Shown one piece after another: positions 36,301 to 47,492 of a stretch of DNA of 64,000 nt. Below the pieces are notes generated by a model. That model made no database searches, was not told the DNA's origin, and saw nothing but the letters and a program-made list of their open reading frames with translations. Source of the DNA: Azolla caroliniana. Taxonomy: Eukaryota; Plantae; Polypodiophyta. The position numbers and the translations under genes are program-made. The first letter of the stretch is position 1; each line of letters begins with the position of its first letter. The DNA lies in contig JBHGNT010000002.1 of the NCBI GenBank assembly GCA_043228905.1, positions 13,082,001-13,146,000 of the forward strand, in the 5' to 3' direction.

Positions 36301-38649
36301 AGTTTGACGCCGCCGAAATCAACTACGAAATTCATGATAAAGAGCTATTGGCTATAATGGACTCTTTTATGCAATGGAGGCATTTTCTAGAGGGATCTTC
36401 TCATCAAGTCACTGTATTCAGTGACCACAAAAACCTCGCCTATTTTCAAGACGCTCGTGTGTTAAATCGAATTCAAGCTCGGTGGGCCCATTTTCTCACG
36501 CGTTTCGACTTCAAGATTACATATCGACCTGGGAAACATCAAGGGAAAGCAGATGCATTATCACGACGTTCGTACCTAGCACCGCGTCCCGGCGAGCCAA
36601 CTTTCGATAACCAAAAGCAAGTAATCTTGGGACCGGCACAATTGCAAGCAACACAAGTCTTTGGCATGCCCATGGATTCCCACGTTATCGATATAATACA
36701 TGTGGACCTGAAGACAGATGCTTTCGCCCAAGCTATACTAGCACAAATTGATCCCTCTCGAGCGTCGTGTTCACAGCCGCAACCACCAGGTACGGACTAT
36801 CGGCAATTCAAATACCATGATGGATTACACTTCTTTAAAGAACTTTTGTATGTTCCTAATGGTTCTTCCCGCCTTCAAGTAGTACAAAACTGTCATGACA
36901 CATATACAGCTGGGCATTTTGGTAGTACTAAAACATTAGATTTAGTACAACGATCATTCTAGTGGCCCCATATGCGACAATTTGTCGAAGATTTTGTTCG
37001 GACTTGTGACACATGCTGCAGAGCGAAAATGCCAAGGCATCATCCATATGGTTCATTAGAACCATTACCAATTCCAAGCAAGCCGTGGCAATCCATTGCT
37101 CTAGACTTCATCACAGATCTTCCAGTCTCTAAGGGGTTCAATGCGATTCTAACAGTGGTAGATCGATATACGAAGATGGCTCATTTTTTGCCATGTACTA
37201 AGGAAATCTCCAGTGAAGACACCGCCGAAATTGTCATGCGTGAAGTATGTCGGCATCATGGACTTCCCGATAGTATCGTCAGCGACCGTGGACCCCAGTT
37301 CGTGTCAAAATTCTGGAAGCACCTTTTTAAAATGCTCAAGGTCACTTGTAACCTCTCCTCTGGCTACCACCCACAAACCAACGGCCAAGCCGAACGGACA
37401 AATCAAACGCTGGAGCAGTACCTGCAGTGCTTTCTCAGCTATCATCAGGATGACTGGGCAGATATTCTCCACTTCGCCGAATTTGCCTATAATAACTCTA
37501 TCCATGCATCGACTAAAGTTATGCCATTTTATGCTGATACGGGATGTTAGCCCTGGTGGTGTGTACTTCAAACACTGGAGCAGTACCTGCGGTGCTTTCT
37601 CAGCTATCATCAGGATGACTGGGCAAATATTCTCCACTTCGCCGAATTTGCCTATAATAACTCTATCCATGCATCGACTAAAGTTACGCCATTTTATGCT
37701 TATACGGGATGTCAGCCCCGGTGGTGTGTACTTGAAACCCCAGAGGTGTCCACAAATCCTTGCGCGGAGGATCGTTTGGAGCGGTTACGCAAGATACAAG
37801 CAGATTTATCTACTCATCTCCAACAAGCTCAGCAAACACACAAGGTTTATGTGGATCGTCATCGACTCCCATCCAGTTTTAACATTGGAGATCGGGTATG
37901 GCTACTCCGACGACACATCAAGACTACTCGCCCATGTGAGAAGTTGGATTATCGGCGATTAGGTCCTTTCTGTATCATAGGAAAGATTAATGATGTCGCT
38001 TTTCGTCTCGATCTACCTCCACAACTTCGGATACATCCGGTGTTTCATAGTTCTCTCCTTTAACCCTATCAAGAGAGCACCATCCCAGGATGTATTACAC
38101 AGCCTCCACCCCCGATTGAGCTTGAAGATGGACCTGAGTACGAGGTTACCGCCATCCTTGATTCCAAGATTGTTCGCAACAAGCTCTACTATCTAGTCGA
38201 TTGGCTAGGATATAGTCCTAGTGAGCGTACTTGGGAACCGATAGAGAATGTCACCAATGCTCGTGCACTTCTTGAAGACTTCCATCATCAATATCCAGAC
38301 AAACCGGGTCCTCAATCCAAAACGACTCGTTACACTCTTCGTTTTAAAGGGAGGATAGCGTCATGATATGGCAAGACTCAAACCCATGACCTTATGCTAC
38401 ATGGGTTGAGCTCTTGACCATTAGACTATACATTGTAATATGTAGAATATTATTTTCATTTATGTTTTATTATAGAAAATTGATGTATATTCCAGATTTC
38501 TCTAGAACATTCTAGAAACTTTAGGAGTATTCCTTAGAACACTATAAAAGGAGGCACGAGGCATTATTTCGAACCAAATCGGTTCAACGCCAGTCTTAAG
38601 CCTCCTAGCTACTACTGTACATTCTCTTCACATAATATATATCTTTTCT

Positions 38650-38693
<44 letters not shown>

Positions 38694-38797
38694 TCCTCTC
38701 ACTCATTCTTTCCTTCTCTCGAGAGTTCTTCACCTCTCTTAGTACTAATACTTCTTTTAGTACTAATTCCTTCTCTGTCTTAGTATTGTTCCTGACA
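32982..38797 (+). mobile_element. Chromovirus G1 (degenerate): LTRs 32982-33412 and 38359-38797, TSD TCACC
   Basis: tcacc at 32977-32981 and 38798-38802. gag, LLDSGA, YLDD, integrase and chromodomain fragments. PPT aaagggaggatag. Confidence 0.94.
37404..37735 (+). repeat. ~165-bp tandem duplication in the G1 integrase
   Basis: caaac(g/a)ctggagcagtacctgc...ggtggtgtgtactt occurs twice (37404 and 37569). Confidence 0.88.
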
Positions 38798-41700
38798 TCA
38801 CCGCCATACGGGACGAGCTGGCTGAAGACTTCCAAGTCCTGGCGGATGAACAGCTGGTGCTGGTCCGGCAACTCATAGCTCAGCTAGACGATGATAGGTT
38901 GGACGCTCAAATCTAGTTTGAGAGCTACGAGCAGTCCCGGGTTCGGGAAGAAAAAGCACGGGAAGCGGCAACGGTTAACCTTAGTGATGAGGAACCGTCG
39001 CCGGCCGAGGGCTAGGCCAGAACCAGTCAACAGGAGACCACTACGATGGAGGGAGCAACGACGGAAACGCCGGTGTCAGAGCAACAAACGGAGGATTAGC
39101 CACAGCAGCCACCAAAGGACCAGTCGCAGCAGCAATCAACGAAGCAGCAACAACAACAACAACAACAACAACAACAACCAATTCCAGATGAACCATTGGA
39201 GACTCTTGAACAAAGCATTCTGGATATTTTGGACGAAGAATAGCAAGGGTGGGATGGTGGATTCGACGTACAAGGTACTGTCCCACGGGCGTGCCATGTG
39301 TTACTGGCCGGCAAAGGAGTCCAGAGTGTGAAACGAAGGAGTTATTTAGGAAGGGTTGTAAGTGAGCTATTAGTGTGGACAGACGGACCGGAATCGGTAT
39401 GCCGTTCCGGATCCGGACCGATCCCGAACAGGTGCGGATGGCACCATTTTGTACTACAAACCGGAAACCTATTTAAAGGCCCGGATACAATGTAATGAGC
39501 AGCGGATAATTAATGAAGCTTAGTGTTTTTATCTCTCTGTGTTAATTGTCGTTCTGCATTCATTGTTATATCTTACGCGTGTGATTATTAAGGAAGATCT
39601 TGCTAAGTAACCTAATTAAGTCGGATTAATCGTTGAGCCTACTCCCCTTGCCGTAACACCCCTTTGGTGAAGTGTCTTCCGTAGACACCCTGTGTTAGGC
39701 CATTGTCCGGCCCTAAGAGTTAACACTTCGTCCCATCTTCCGGCTCATCTGGTTCTCATCCGGAGGGACTTGTTTCCAAACAAAATCCCCCTTCACTGGA
39801 GTCCGATCTGTCTTCGGCATGTGTCCAGTTTGTCGGCTAACAACATCTTGGTCAGCATGTCCGACCCGTTCTCCTCCGTATGGATCTTCGTCTGCAAGAA
39901 CTCTTTATCTTCTACCTTCTCCTGGAGCCAGTGGTATCTCCTCTGGATGTGTTTGGTCCGAGAGTGGTACTTATCGTTCTTCGCGAGGTGAATGACACTC
40001 TGATTGTCGCAATAGAGCCAGAATTCCTCCTGCTGGATCCCAAGCTCTCCGATGAAGTCCTTCATCCAAATTATCTCTTTGTCGGCTTGCACGGCTGCCA
40101 TATACTCTGATTTCGTTGTTGACAATGCAATGGACTTCTACAGCCTCGACTGTCACAATACAGCTGCCCTTGCATAAGTCATATGACATATCCGGATGTA
40201 GAACGGTTGGTATCCGCATCAACCGACGATTCTGAATCCGTGAATCCTTCAAGTTGGGGTTTCCTGAGCCGAATCAGAGACACATGCTCAAGGTGCCTTT
40301 CAGGTACACGAGTATCCACTTGATCGCGGCCCAATGTTCTCTTCTCGGATGGCTCTGAACCGGCTCACCACCCCGACTATATATCCAATATCTAGCCTAG
40401 TACACACCATTGCATACATTAAGCTTCCGACGGCAAAGGCATATGGTATCTTCATCATCCCCGACTTCTCTATCTTGGTCTTCGGGCTTTGTTTCCTGAA
40501 AACCTTGCAATTTTCCGAGAGTATTGATCCAACCGGCTTCGCCTCCGAAATGTTGAACCTTTGAAGCACCTTTGTCATGTACTTCTCCTGTGACAACCAC
40601 AACAATTTTTTCGTCCGGTTCCGGATTATATGCATCCCCAATATCTGTCTCCCTGGACCAAGATCTTTCATTGAGAAGGACCAGCTCAAGGCCTTCTTCA
40701 GATTCCCGATTTTGGTTCGGTCCGGTCCGACGATTACCATGTTGTCCAGATACAGTGGGAGTATTAGGAAGTCGCCTCCGTTGAATTTCTTCAAAAACAC
40801 GCAGTGGTCGGCCTGCGTCTTGTGGTATCCTTAGTCGGTCATGAAGGAATCGAACTTTCGGTACCATTGTCGGGGAGCTTGCTTTAGTCCGTATAAGCTC
40901 TTCTTCAATTGGCACACTAGTTGCTCCTTCCCTTTCTTGACAAATCCCTCCGGTTGTTGCATGTAGATCTCTTCTTCAAGGTCACCGTGCAGGAACGCCG
41001 TATTGACGTCTAGTTGTTCGACCTCGAGGTCCATGCTTGTTGCTATGCTCAACACCATCCGGATGGCTGTCATCTTTACTACCAAGGCAAAGATCTCGTC
41101 AAAATACACTCCCTTCTTCTGTTGAAACCCTTTCACCATGATCCGTGCTTTGTACCTAGGTGGATTTCCGACATCTCCTGGTTTTAGCTTGTACACCCAC
41201 TTGTTCCGGAGTGCTCTCTTTCCTTTCGGCTACTCCATCAATTCATAGGTGTGTTTCTCATGTAGAGAATCCATCTTGTCCTGCAAGGAACTTAACCACT
41301 TGCGGCTGTAGGTGTCTTTGTTTGTTTCTTCGAAGCTTTTCAGCTCCCCCTCGTTGGTCAATAAGACATGCTCTGCATTCAGAAATATCTGGGGGGCCTT
41401 TCTCTCTCTAAGATGATATCCCCGTCCTTGGTTTCCAACCACTGGTTCCTCCATCTAATCTTCATTTGAATCTAATTTGAGATCTTGTCCGGTTCCGGTG
41501 TGCGATTCTTCTTCTTTGGTTGATTTGGTTCTTTGTCCGAATCCGGCTGGTTCTTCGAGTGTTGTCCAGTGTCCGGCCGGATGGGTCCTTGCATCTTTCG
41601 ACTGATCTCTATCGGTCGTCCCGGAGTCCGCTACCTTCTTCTCTGACTCCTAGTCGGCAATGGTCTTGTCTTCCATGAAGACTATGTCTCGACCAAGTCC

Positions 41701-42086
41701 AACACTCGATAGTTGAACTCATAATTTCCGTATCGAAGGAAGAGGCATGGTCGGGACTTCGGATAAAATTTCTCTCTCTTGTCCTTTGCAACATGCATGT
41801 AGGTGAGACAATCGAACACTCTCAGATGCTGGTAAGACACGTCTTTACCGGTCAATACTCTCTGTGGTGTGTCTCCGTCCAAGGATGCCAAGGTTGATCT
41901 GTTTATCATGTACATCACCGTCATCAACACCTCGGCCCAAAACTTCTTGGACAACTTAGCATATGCAAGCATGTTGCGGACTCTCTCCATTACGGTCTGG
42001 TTCATCCTTTTGGCCAATCCGTTTAGCTTCAATGTCTTCGGCATGGTAAATTCAAACCAGATTCCCTTCGATCAACAGTACTCCTC

Positions 42087-43033
42087 TGTGAAAGTTAGCG
42101 TGTAGAAGCTTGATAAAAACGGTTTAGCCGGGTAGCGACAGAGAATAAACATAGGTTCAATGGAAGCTTGACAGTACTTAGCATACATGGGAGAGACAGA
42201 AGGAGAGAGCAGAACATAAACTCAATTCAAAAATAATAACACTCTCTGTACATAGAATGTGCTCTGAGAGCACTTTACACAAGTCCATAAAGGACTGACA
42301 CGTACTTCAATGTTCATACGAGTGACTAACACTGACCCCCAAAACTACCGCCTGTGTATTGGGCTAGATCCATAGGCCTCTAACAGCCTACTGGTTTCAA
42401 ACCTTGTGTGTTGGCTCCGATGCTACCTCGTTTGTTCCTTCCACATAGCTCCAATATCCATGCCCCAACACGTACTGGTGCATTTTATACAACCAGGACA
42501 CATAGTTGCTACGGTCAAGATTTTCTGTGGGAAGCGAACTTGCCATGCCTTTGTCCATCTCGATCCTCTTCTGCCTTAGGAGTTGTCTTCGAAAGCGTCT
42601 GTTAGCTGTAGAGGAGTCTCAACCCTCGCGCTTTGATACCATGTGAAAGTTAGCGTGTGGAAGCTTGATAAAAACGGTTTAGCCGGGTAGCCACAGAGAA
42701 TAAACACTAGTTCAATGGAAGCTTGAGAGTACATAGCATACAAGGGAGAGACAGAGGGAGAGAGCAAAAAGAAAACTCAATTAAAAAATAATAACACTCT
42801 CTGTACATAGAACGTGCTTAGAGAGCACTTTATAAAAGTCCATAAAGGACTGACAGGTACTTCAATGCTCATACGAATGACTGACACTAACTCCCAAAAC
42901 AATGCCTACGTACTAGGCTAGATTCATAGGCCTCGTTCCGATCCGGCTCCTCGTTCCGGATACAATTCCGGACATCGATCTAGCTCTGGCTTATTCATCC
43001 GATTCAGATCCGGTTGAGCTTGCTCACTGAACA
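42087..43033 (-). mobile_element. Internally deleted Copia (C-related) in the Copia E integrase; TSD TCCTC
   Basis: 5' LTR 42642-43033, PBS tggtatcaaagc (rc 42630-42641), gag start MDKGMASSLPTENLDRSNY...EPTHKV fused to a partial 3' LTR (42087-~42395). tcctc at 42082-42086 and 43034-43038. Confidence 0.88.
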
Positions 43034-43845
43034 TCCTCAAATTGTCCCCGGTATTCGCCTTCGTTGTCCGTTCGAATCACCTTCAGCTCCCGGCCGGTTT
43101 CCCTTTCCACTCTCTCATGGAACTCTTTGAAGAGGCTCAGTACCTGATCCTTTGTCTTTAGTGGTGAGACCCACAACCTCCGGTTGTCGTCGTCTATGAG
43201 CATCACGAAGTACTGAGATCCAGCATGTGACTTCATGTCCACTTGACATACATTGGTATGCACAAGCTCTAGCGGTGCATTCCGTCTCATCGGTAGTCTT
43301 GTCCAGAATGAGGTTCGGTTTTGTAGCCAGCCATACAATTGGTGCTCTTCTCAAGCTGCACATCTTTCACCTCCGGAATTAGGTTGTCCTCAACAAGTCT
43401 TTGCATCTCTTTCTGGCTTATTCATCCGATTCAGATCCGGTTGAGCTTGCTCACTGAACATCCTCAAACTGCCCCCGGTATTCGCCTCCGTTGTCCGTTC
43501 GAATCACCTTCAGCTCCCGGCCGGTTTCCCTTTCCACTCTCTCATGGAACTCTTTGAAGAGGCTCAGTACCTGATCCTTTGTCTTTAGTGGTGAGACCCA
43601 CAACCTCCAGTTGTCGTCGTCTATGAGCATCACGAAGTACTGAGATCCAGCATGTGACTTCATGTCCACTTGACATACATTGGTATGCACAAGCTCTAGC
43701 GGTAAATTCCATCTCATCGGTAGTCTTGTCCGGAATGAGGTCCGGTTTTGTTGCCGGCCATACAATTGGTGCTCTTCTCAAGCTGCACATCTTTCACCTC
43801 CGGAATTAGGTTGTCCTCAACAAGTCTTTGCATCTCTTTCTGGCT
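42985..43845. repeat. 427-bp tandem duplication spanning the deleted-Copia/Copia E junction
   Basis: Near-identical ORFs 43024-43338 and 43451-43765. tctggct microhomology at the breakpoints. Confidence 0.9.
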
Positions 43846-45754
43846 CATGTGACACAATCTCTTGTGCCACAACTCACCGGCAGTGTCGGATACCATGTTC
43901 ACTGGCATATCCGAGCATGCATCAGGTACAGTGTGTTGATCTTCCGGGCTTGAGCCACGATTAGGCTTCCTTTGCAAAACGTCATAACTCCATTCCGGAT
44001 GCTACCCGAGTAGCCTTCATCATCTAGCTGACCGACTGATATCAGGTTCAACCATACCTCCGAAACATGTCGTACATCTTTCAACAGCAACTTGCACCCG
44101 GTTGACCTTGTCAAACACACATCTCTGATGCTGACAATCCGGCATGCACCTTCATTTCCCATCCGGACACAACCATGATCTCCGGCTCTGTAGGATGTGA
44201 AGCATTTTCAGTCTGGGGTCAAATGGAACGATGTTACGGAGTGGACCACCCATGTCATCTTGTCGCTGACAAGATGCAGCTCATTTTCCTCAGTGATGAG
44301 CAACAACTCTTCTTCTCTTGTCATGATTGCCATCTTTCCTTTCCGATTCGAACTCCTCCAGTTTGGACCCTTCCTCGAGTTGGCATTGTTGGTTTCTTTC
44401 TCCTTCTGGAAGTGTCTGCAATTCTTCTGGAAGTGCCCCGACTTTCCGCAATAAAAGCAAGTGGGCCTCCTCCTTGAGTTCGACCTCGTCCCCAATTTTT
44501 TCCCAATTCTACGGACTCCGATTCCGGCTTCTTCCCTGGTTATGGTCGTCTTCCGTAACCAAGGCCTTCGAATCGGTTCCAGACTCCCAGTCCTTTCGGC
44601 GAGCTTCTTCATCCAACAAGCTTGATTTCACCCTTGCTAGGGATAAGTGTTTTAATTCCGGTCTGGCGTTGCTCAAAGTGACAACTAGCATCTCCCAACT
44701 ATCCGGGAGGGAACCGAGAAGTAGTAGTGCAAGTACCTCATGGACTAGAGGTACTCCCAATGAGGTTGTTTGGTTTATTAGCCCCTAGAAGGTATTCATG
44801 TGCTCTACCATACTGGATCCGTCTTTTGTACCGAAGCCTCACTAACTTCTGGAATTCTGAGACCTGATTCACAACATTTTTACTCTCCAGCATGGTACCA
44901 ATTTTCTCCGAAAGCACATGAGCCTTACTTTCTTTGTTGAAGTTGTTGTACAGGCTCATGTCAATGAAACATCTTATGTATGCCATCGTTTTCATGTGCA
45001 TTATCTCCCAAGTCGCGACATCGATCTTGTACGGTCTTTTGTCCCCAAGCAGTACCGGTAGCTAGAGATCTTTGACCACCAACATGTCCCTCATCTTCGA
45101 CTTCCACATTGGGTAGTTGGGGCCGGTGAGCATGAACATGCCGCCGAATGGATCTTCCATGCTCTGTTGAATGGAATTGCGCTCGGCCACAATCGAGTCT
45201 CAAACTCACGATGGAAGAAATAAACAGAAAATAGCAATGCATTTACACATGTAACAGAGACCACATCGAATGTTTACATGGAAAACCCTAATCGGGAAAA
45301 ACCACAGGAGGCCACAGACTCCAACTATCACTGTGAGAGGAAGGGTACAATGAGAGACTCGGAGGCAACGACCTCAAGCTCTATGTCTTCGCCAACCAAG
45401 GGTTAAAACAGAGAACACGTTCTGTTTTTCTCTCGCTCTCTCTGCCTGTCTCTTTGTATATATATCTCTGTACAACGATAATGATAGTAGCAACAACTAT
45501 TACACACACACACGCTAAAATATAGTATTTCCCTAGTTATATTTATACTTATATAACTTTGGAGCTATTTACAAATATGACCTCAATGGTCACATCTGAA
45601 CATATTTACTAATATTTACCTATTTGCTAGTTCATACCGGATCCGGTCGGACTCCTCCCGTATCCATCTAATCTGGTATCCGGATACCTTCTAGACCCAT
45701 CAGGTCCGGTTCCTTCCTTTGTCTTGTTTTCCGGCTCGTCCGGATCCCATATGG

Positions 45755-45819
45755 TGTCAAGAACACTACTAAGACAAAGATGAGGATGAGGATTAGTACG
45801 AGAGAGAGAGAGAGAGAGA
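45755..45819 (-). mobile_element. Chromovirus G4 LTR, left part (continues at ~63840-64000 and beyond the window)
   Basis: tgtcaagaacactactaagacaaaga...gattagtac(GA)n matches the LTR start at 52582. Its continuation gaacgatgataacaa...gaagagaatatacaagaatagctaggagg is at the window end. Confidence 0.8.
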
Positions 45820-47490
45820 AAGAGAGAAGAAAGAAAGAAAGAAAGATATATTAACGTCTTCTAAGGCCAAATTTGGCCCATGAGACAAATAGGTTACAAC
45901 AAAAGATGAGTGTTTATCCAATCATCAAAACTAAAAATAAAAGAAAATAGCTTAAGCTAAGAAAGTTCTAGTAGTGTACAAAACTTTGCACCAAGCCTAA
46001 TCTCATTTCCACCCAAGTCTCTCAAAAAGAAGTGGGAGGTCAAAAGTTTTTGGTGTGGGTGTGACCCATGGTCCCGATGCATAGAGTGCCCTAGCCATGG
46101 CTTCTAGGCGGTGTAGTTCACGTTCCCTTATTTTCTTTATTGCTTCTACATCTCGTCGAGTTGCTTTGAAACCCGGCATCCGAGGGCGTTTGGTTCTTCT
46201 TTGATTTTCTGCTTCATCAAGGAGAAGTCCGAGTGGTGCAGGTGTGTCGACATTCATTGTCTCCCCCTGTTCCTGAAAAACTTCATTTGTTATATGTTGG
46301 TAAACATTAGCAACATTATTATCAACGTTTTGTAATTTGTTCTCTCTGTGGTGTTTCAATTCTAAGATGTATCTACCTAATTTCTTTATATCTAGTGTAT
46401 CTAATAGTTTAGGGAGGGTGGGAGAGGAACCAAGTATGTCTTGGTATTTTGCCCTTATCTCGGCATAGGTGGGGCATTTGCATGTAAAATGGTACTCATC
46501 CTCTATCTCTATGTGGCATAACCTACATATCCTTTCCTCCCTAGGGACTCCATTAGTACGTCCATTCTCAATCTCAAGTTGGTGAGATGATATTCTAAGT
46601 TGACCAATGGCAACCCTTAGTGCATGTGGTAAGAATACATCTAGATATTTTGGGCGCGTGATAAAACCTAACTCAGAGAAGTGCATAAAGTGTTCCTTAT
46701 AGTACGACATTTTAGATGGGAGTGGCTCTAGTGGGGTGATCCATTTATACCGGGTATAAATTTGCCATATTTCTTGGCGTATTACTTTATTACGGTCCTC
46801 ATGAGAGAGTAAAGTGTTATCATTCGTGTGGTCGTACTTAAGGGGGGGGAGGTTAGTAATGTCTAGACCGTTGGCAAGAAGCCAACTCACCATCATGCCA
46901 TACCATGAGCTAGTATAGCCGGACTCATACAATGCTCGAGAAGCCTTAAAGGCTTGGTGGGATATTCTATCAAGTGGTTGGTTATGTATCCTGTGTATAA
47001 AGACTACCAGTTGAAAAAGTGCTTCTACTAACATAGGGGGTAGAGTGAACTCAGCCCTAATAATGTCATGTGGGACCGACGATTTGCTTCGGAGTTGGCG
47101 TGATAACATCATCACCAATGGTCTCTCTAATTGCGTCCACATGAAAGATGGTAGTCCTGGGGCCCAAACCGCTGATGCATACATGAGAGAGGGAGTCACT
47201 AATGAGTCAAAGAGCCACCCTTTAGTTCGTGGCTCTTGGAAGTATGCTTGGTGGCATTGTCTCTCGAGGAGTGAGAGGGATGCATGTCCTCTTGTAAGTC
47301 TATCCTTCGCTGCTTGTGTCATCGAAAATTTACCTGAGCGGGCACTGAAAGTGACTCCGAGATAGACATATGATCCAACCACCTCAACTGGGCTATGGGA
47401 GATAGTTAGGTGACACTTAGCCCTAACTTGGGCCGACGTGTGGAAGATAAGGACTTTAGTTTTCCCTAGATTCACTACCAATCCTCGTCG
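45820..47490 (-). mobile_element. LINE 3' part: tail, 3' UTR and ORF2 C-terminus (ORF 46003-47481)
   Basis: VNLGKTKVLIF...YVYLGV (end of RT) and LRISSHQLEIENGR...CRLCHIEIEDEYHFTCKC (C-terminal Cys/His motif). (TTTC)n(TC)n tail. Confidence 0.9.
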
Positions 47491-47492
47491 TG

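Larger units (their letters stand above)
32100..39243 (+). pseudogene. Gypsy H third ORF (coiled coil + polyQ), split by G1 into 32100-32981 + 38803-39243
   Basis: One reading frame runs across the G1 TSD (294 + 147 codons). It is interrupted only by isolated TAG/TAA codons. Confidence 0.75.
25901..39725 (+). mobile_element. Gypsy H (non-chromovirus): LTRs 25901-26327 and 39299-39725, TSD CTTCG
   Basis: 427-bp TGTTA...TAACA LTRs. cttcg at 25896-25900 and 39726-39730. PBS TGGCGACCAC (tRNA-Arg-type) at 26335-26344. Domain order gag-PR-RT-RH-IN. Confidence 0.95.
11014..45754 (-). mobile_element. Copia E (Tnt1/Tork-like), base of the nest. 3' LTR split into 11014-11374 + 25707-25900 + 39731-39782; internal region 39783-45164; 5' LTR 45165->45754
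   Basis: The three LTR pieces join across TSDs CAATA and CTTCG and align colinearly with 45165-45754. PPT aaatcccccttca follows 39782. Degenerate gag-pol fragments lie at 39793-45160. Confidence 0.88.

Noticed and set aside
39041-39331. Poly-Cys, poly-Val and poly-Asn ORFs
   Set aside because: Alternative frames of the (CAA)n tract that encodes polyQ in Gypsy H ORF3.
42087-43033. Apparent TRIM (two LTRs with a very short interior)
   Set aside because: The apparent inner LTR end (ccaaca, 42470) is gag coding sequence. There is no PPT and the 3' LTR lacks its U3 start, so this is a post-insertion deletion.
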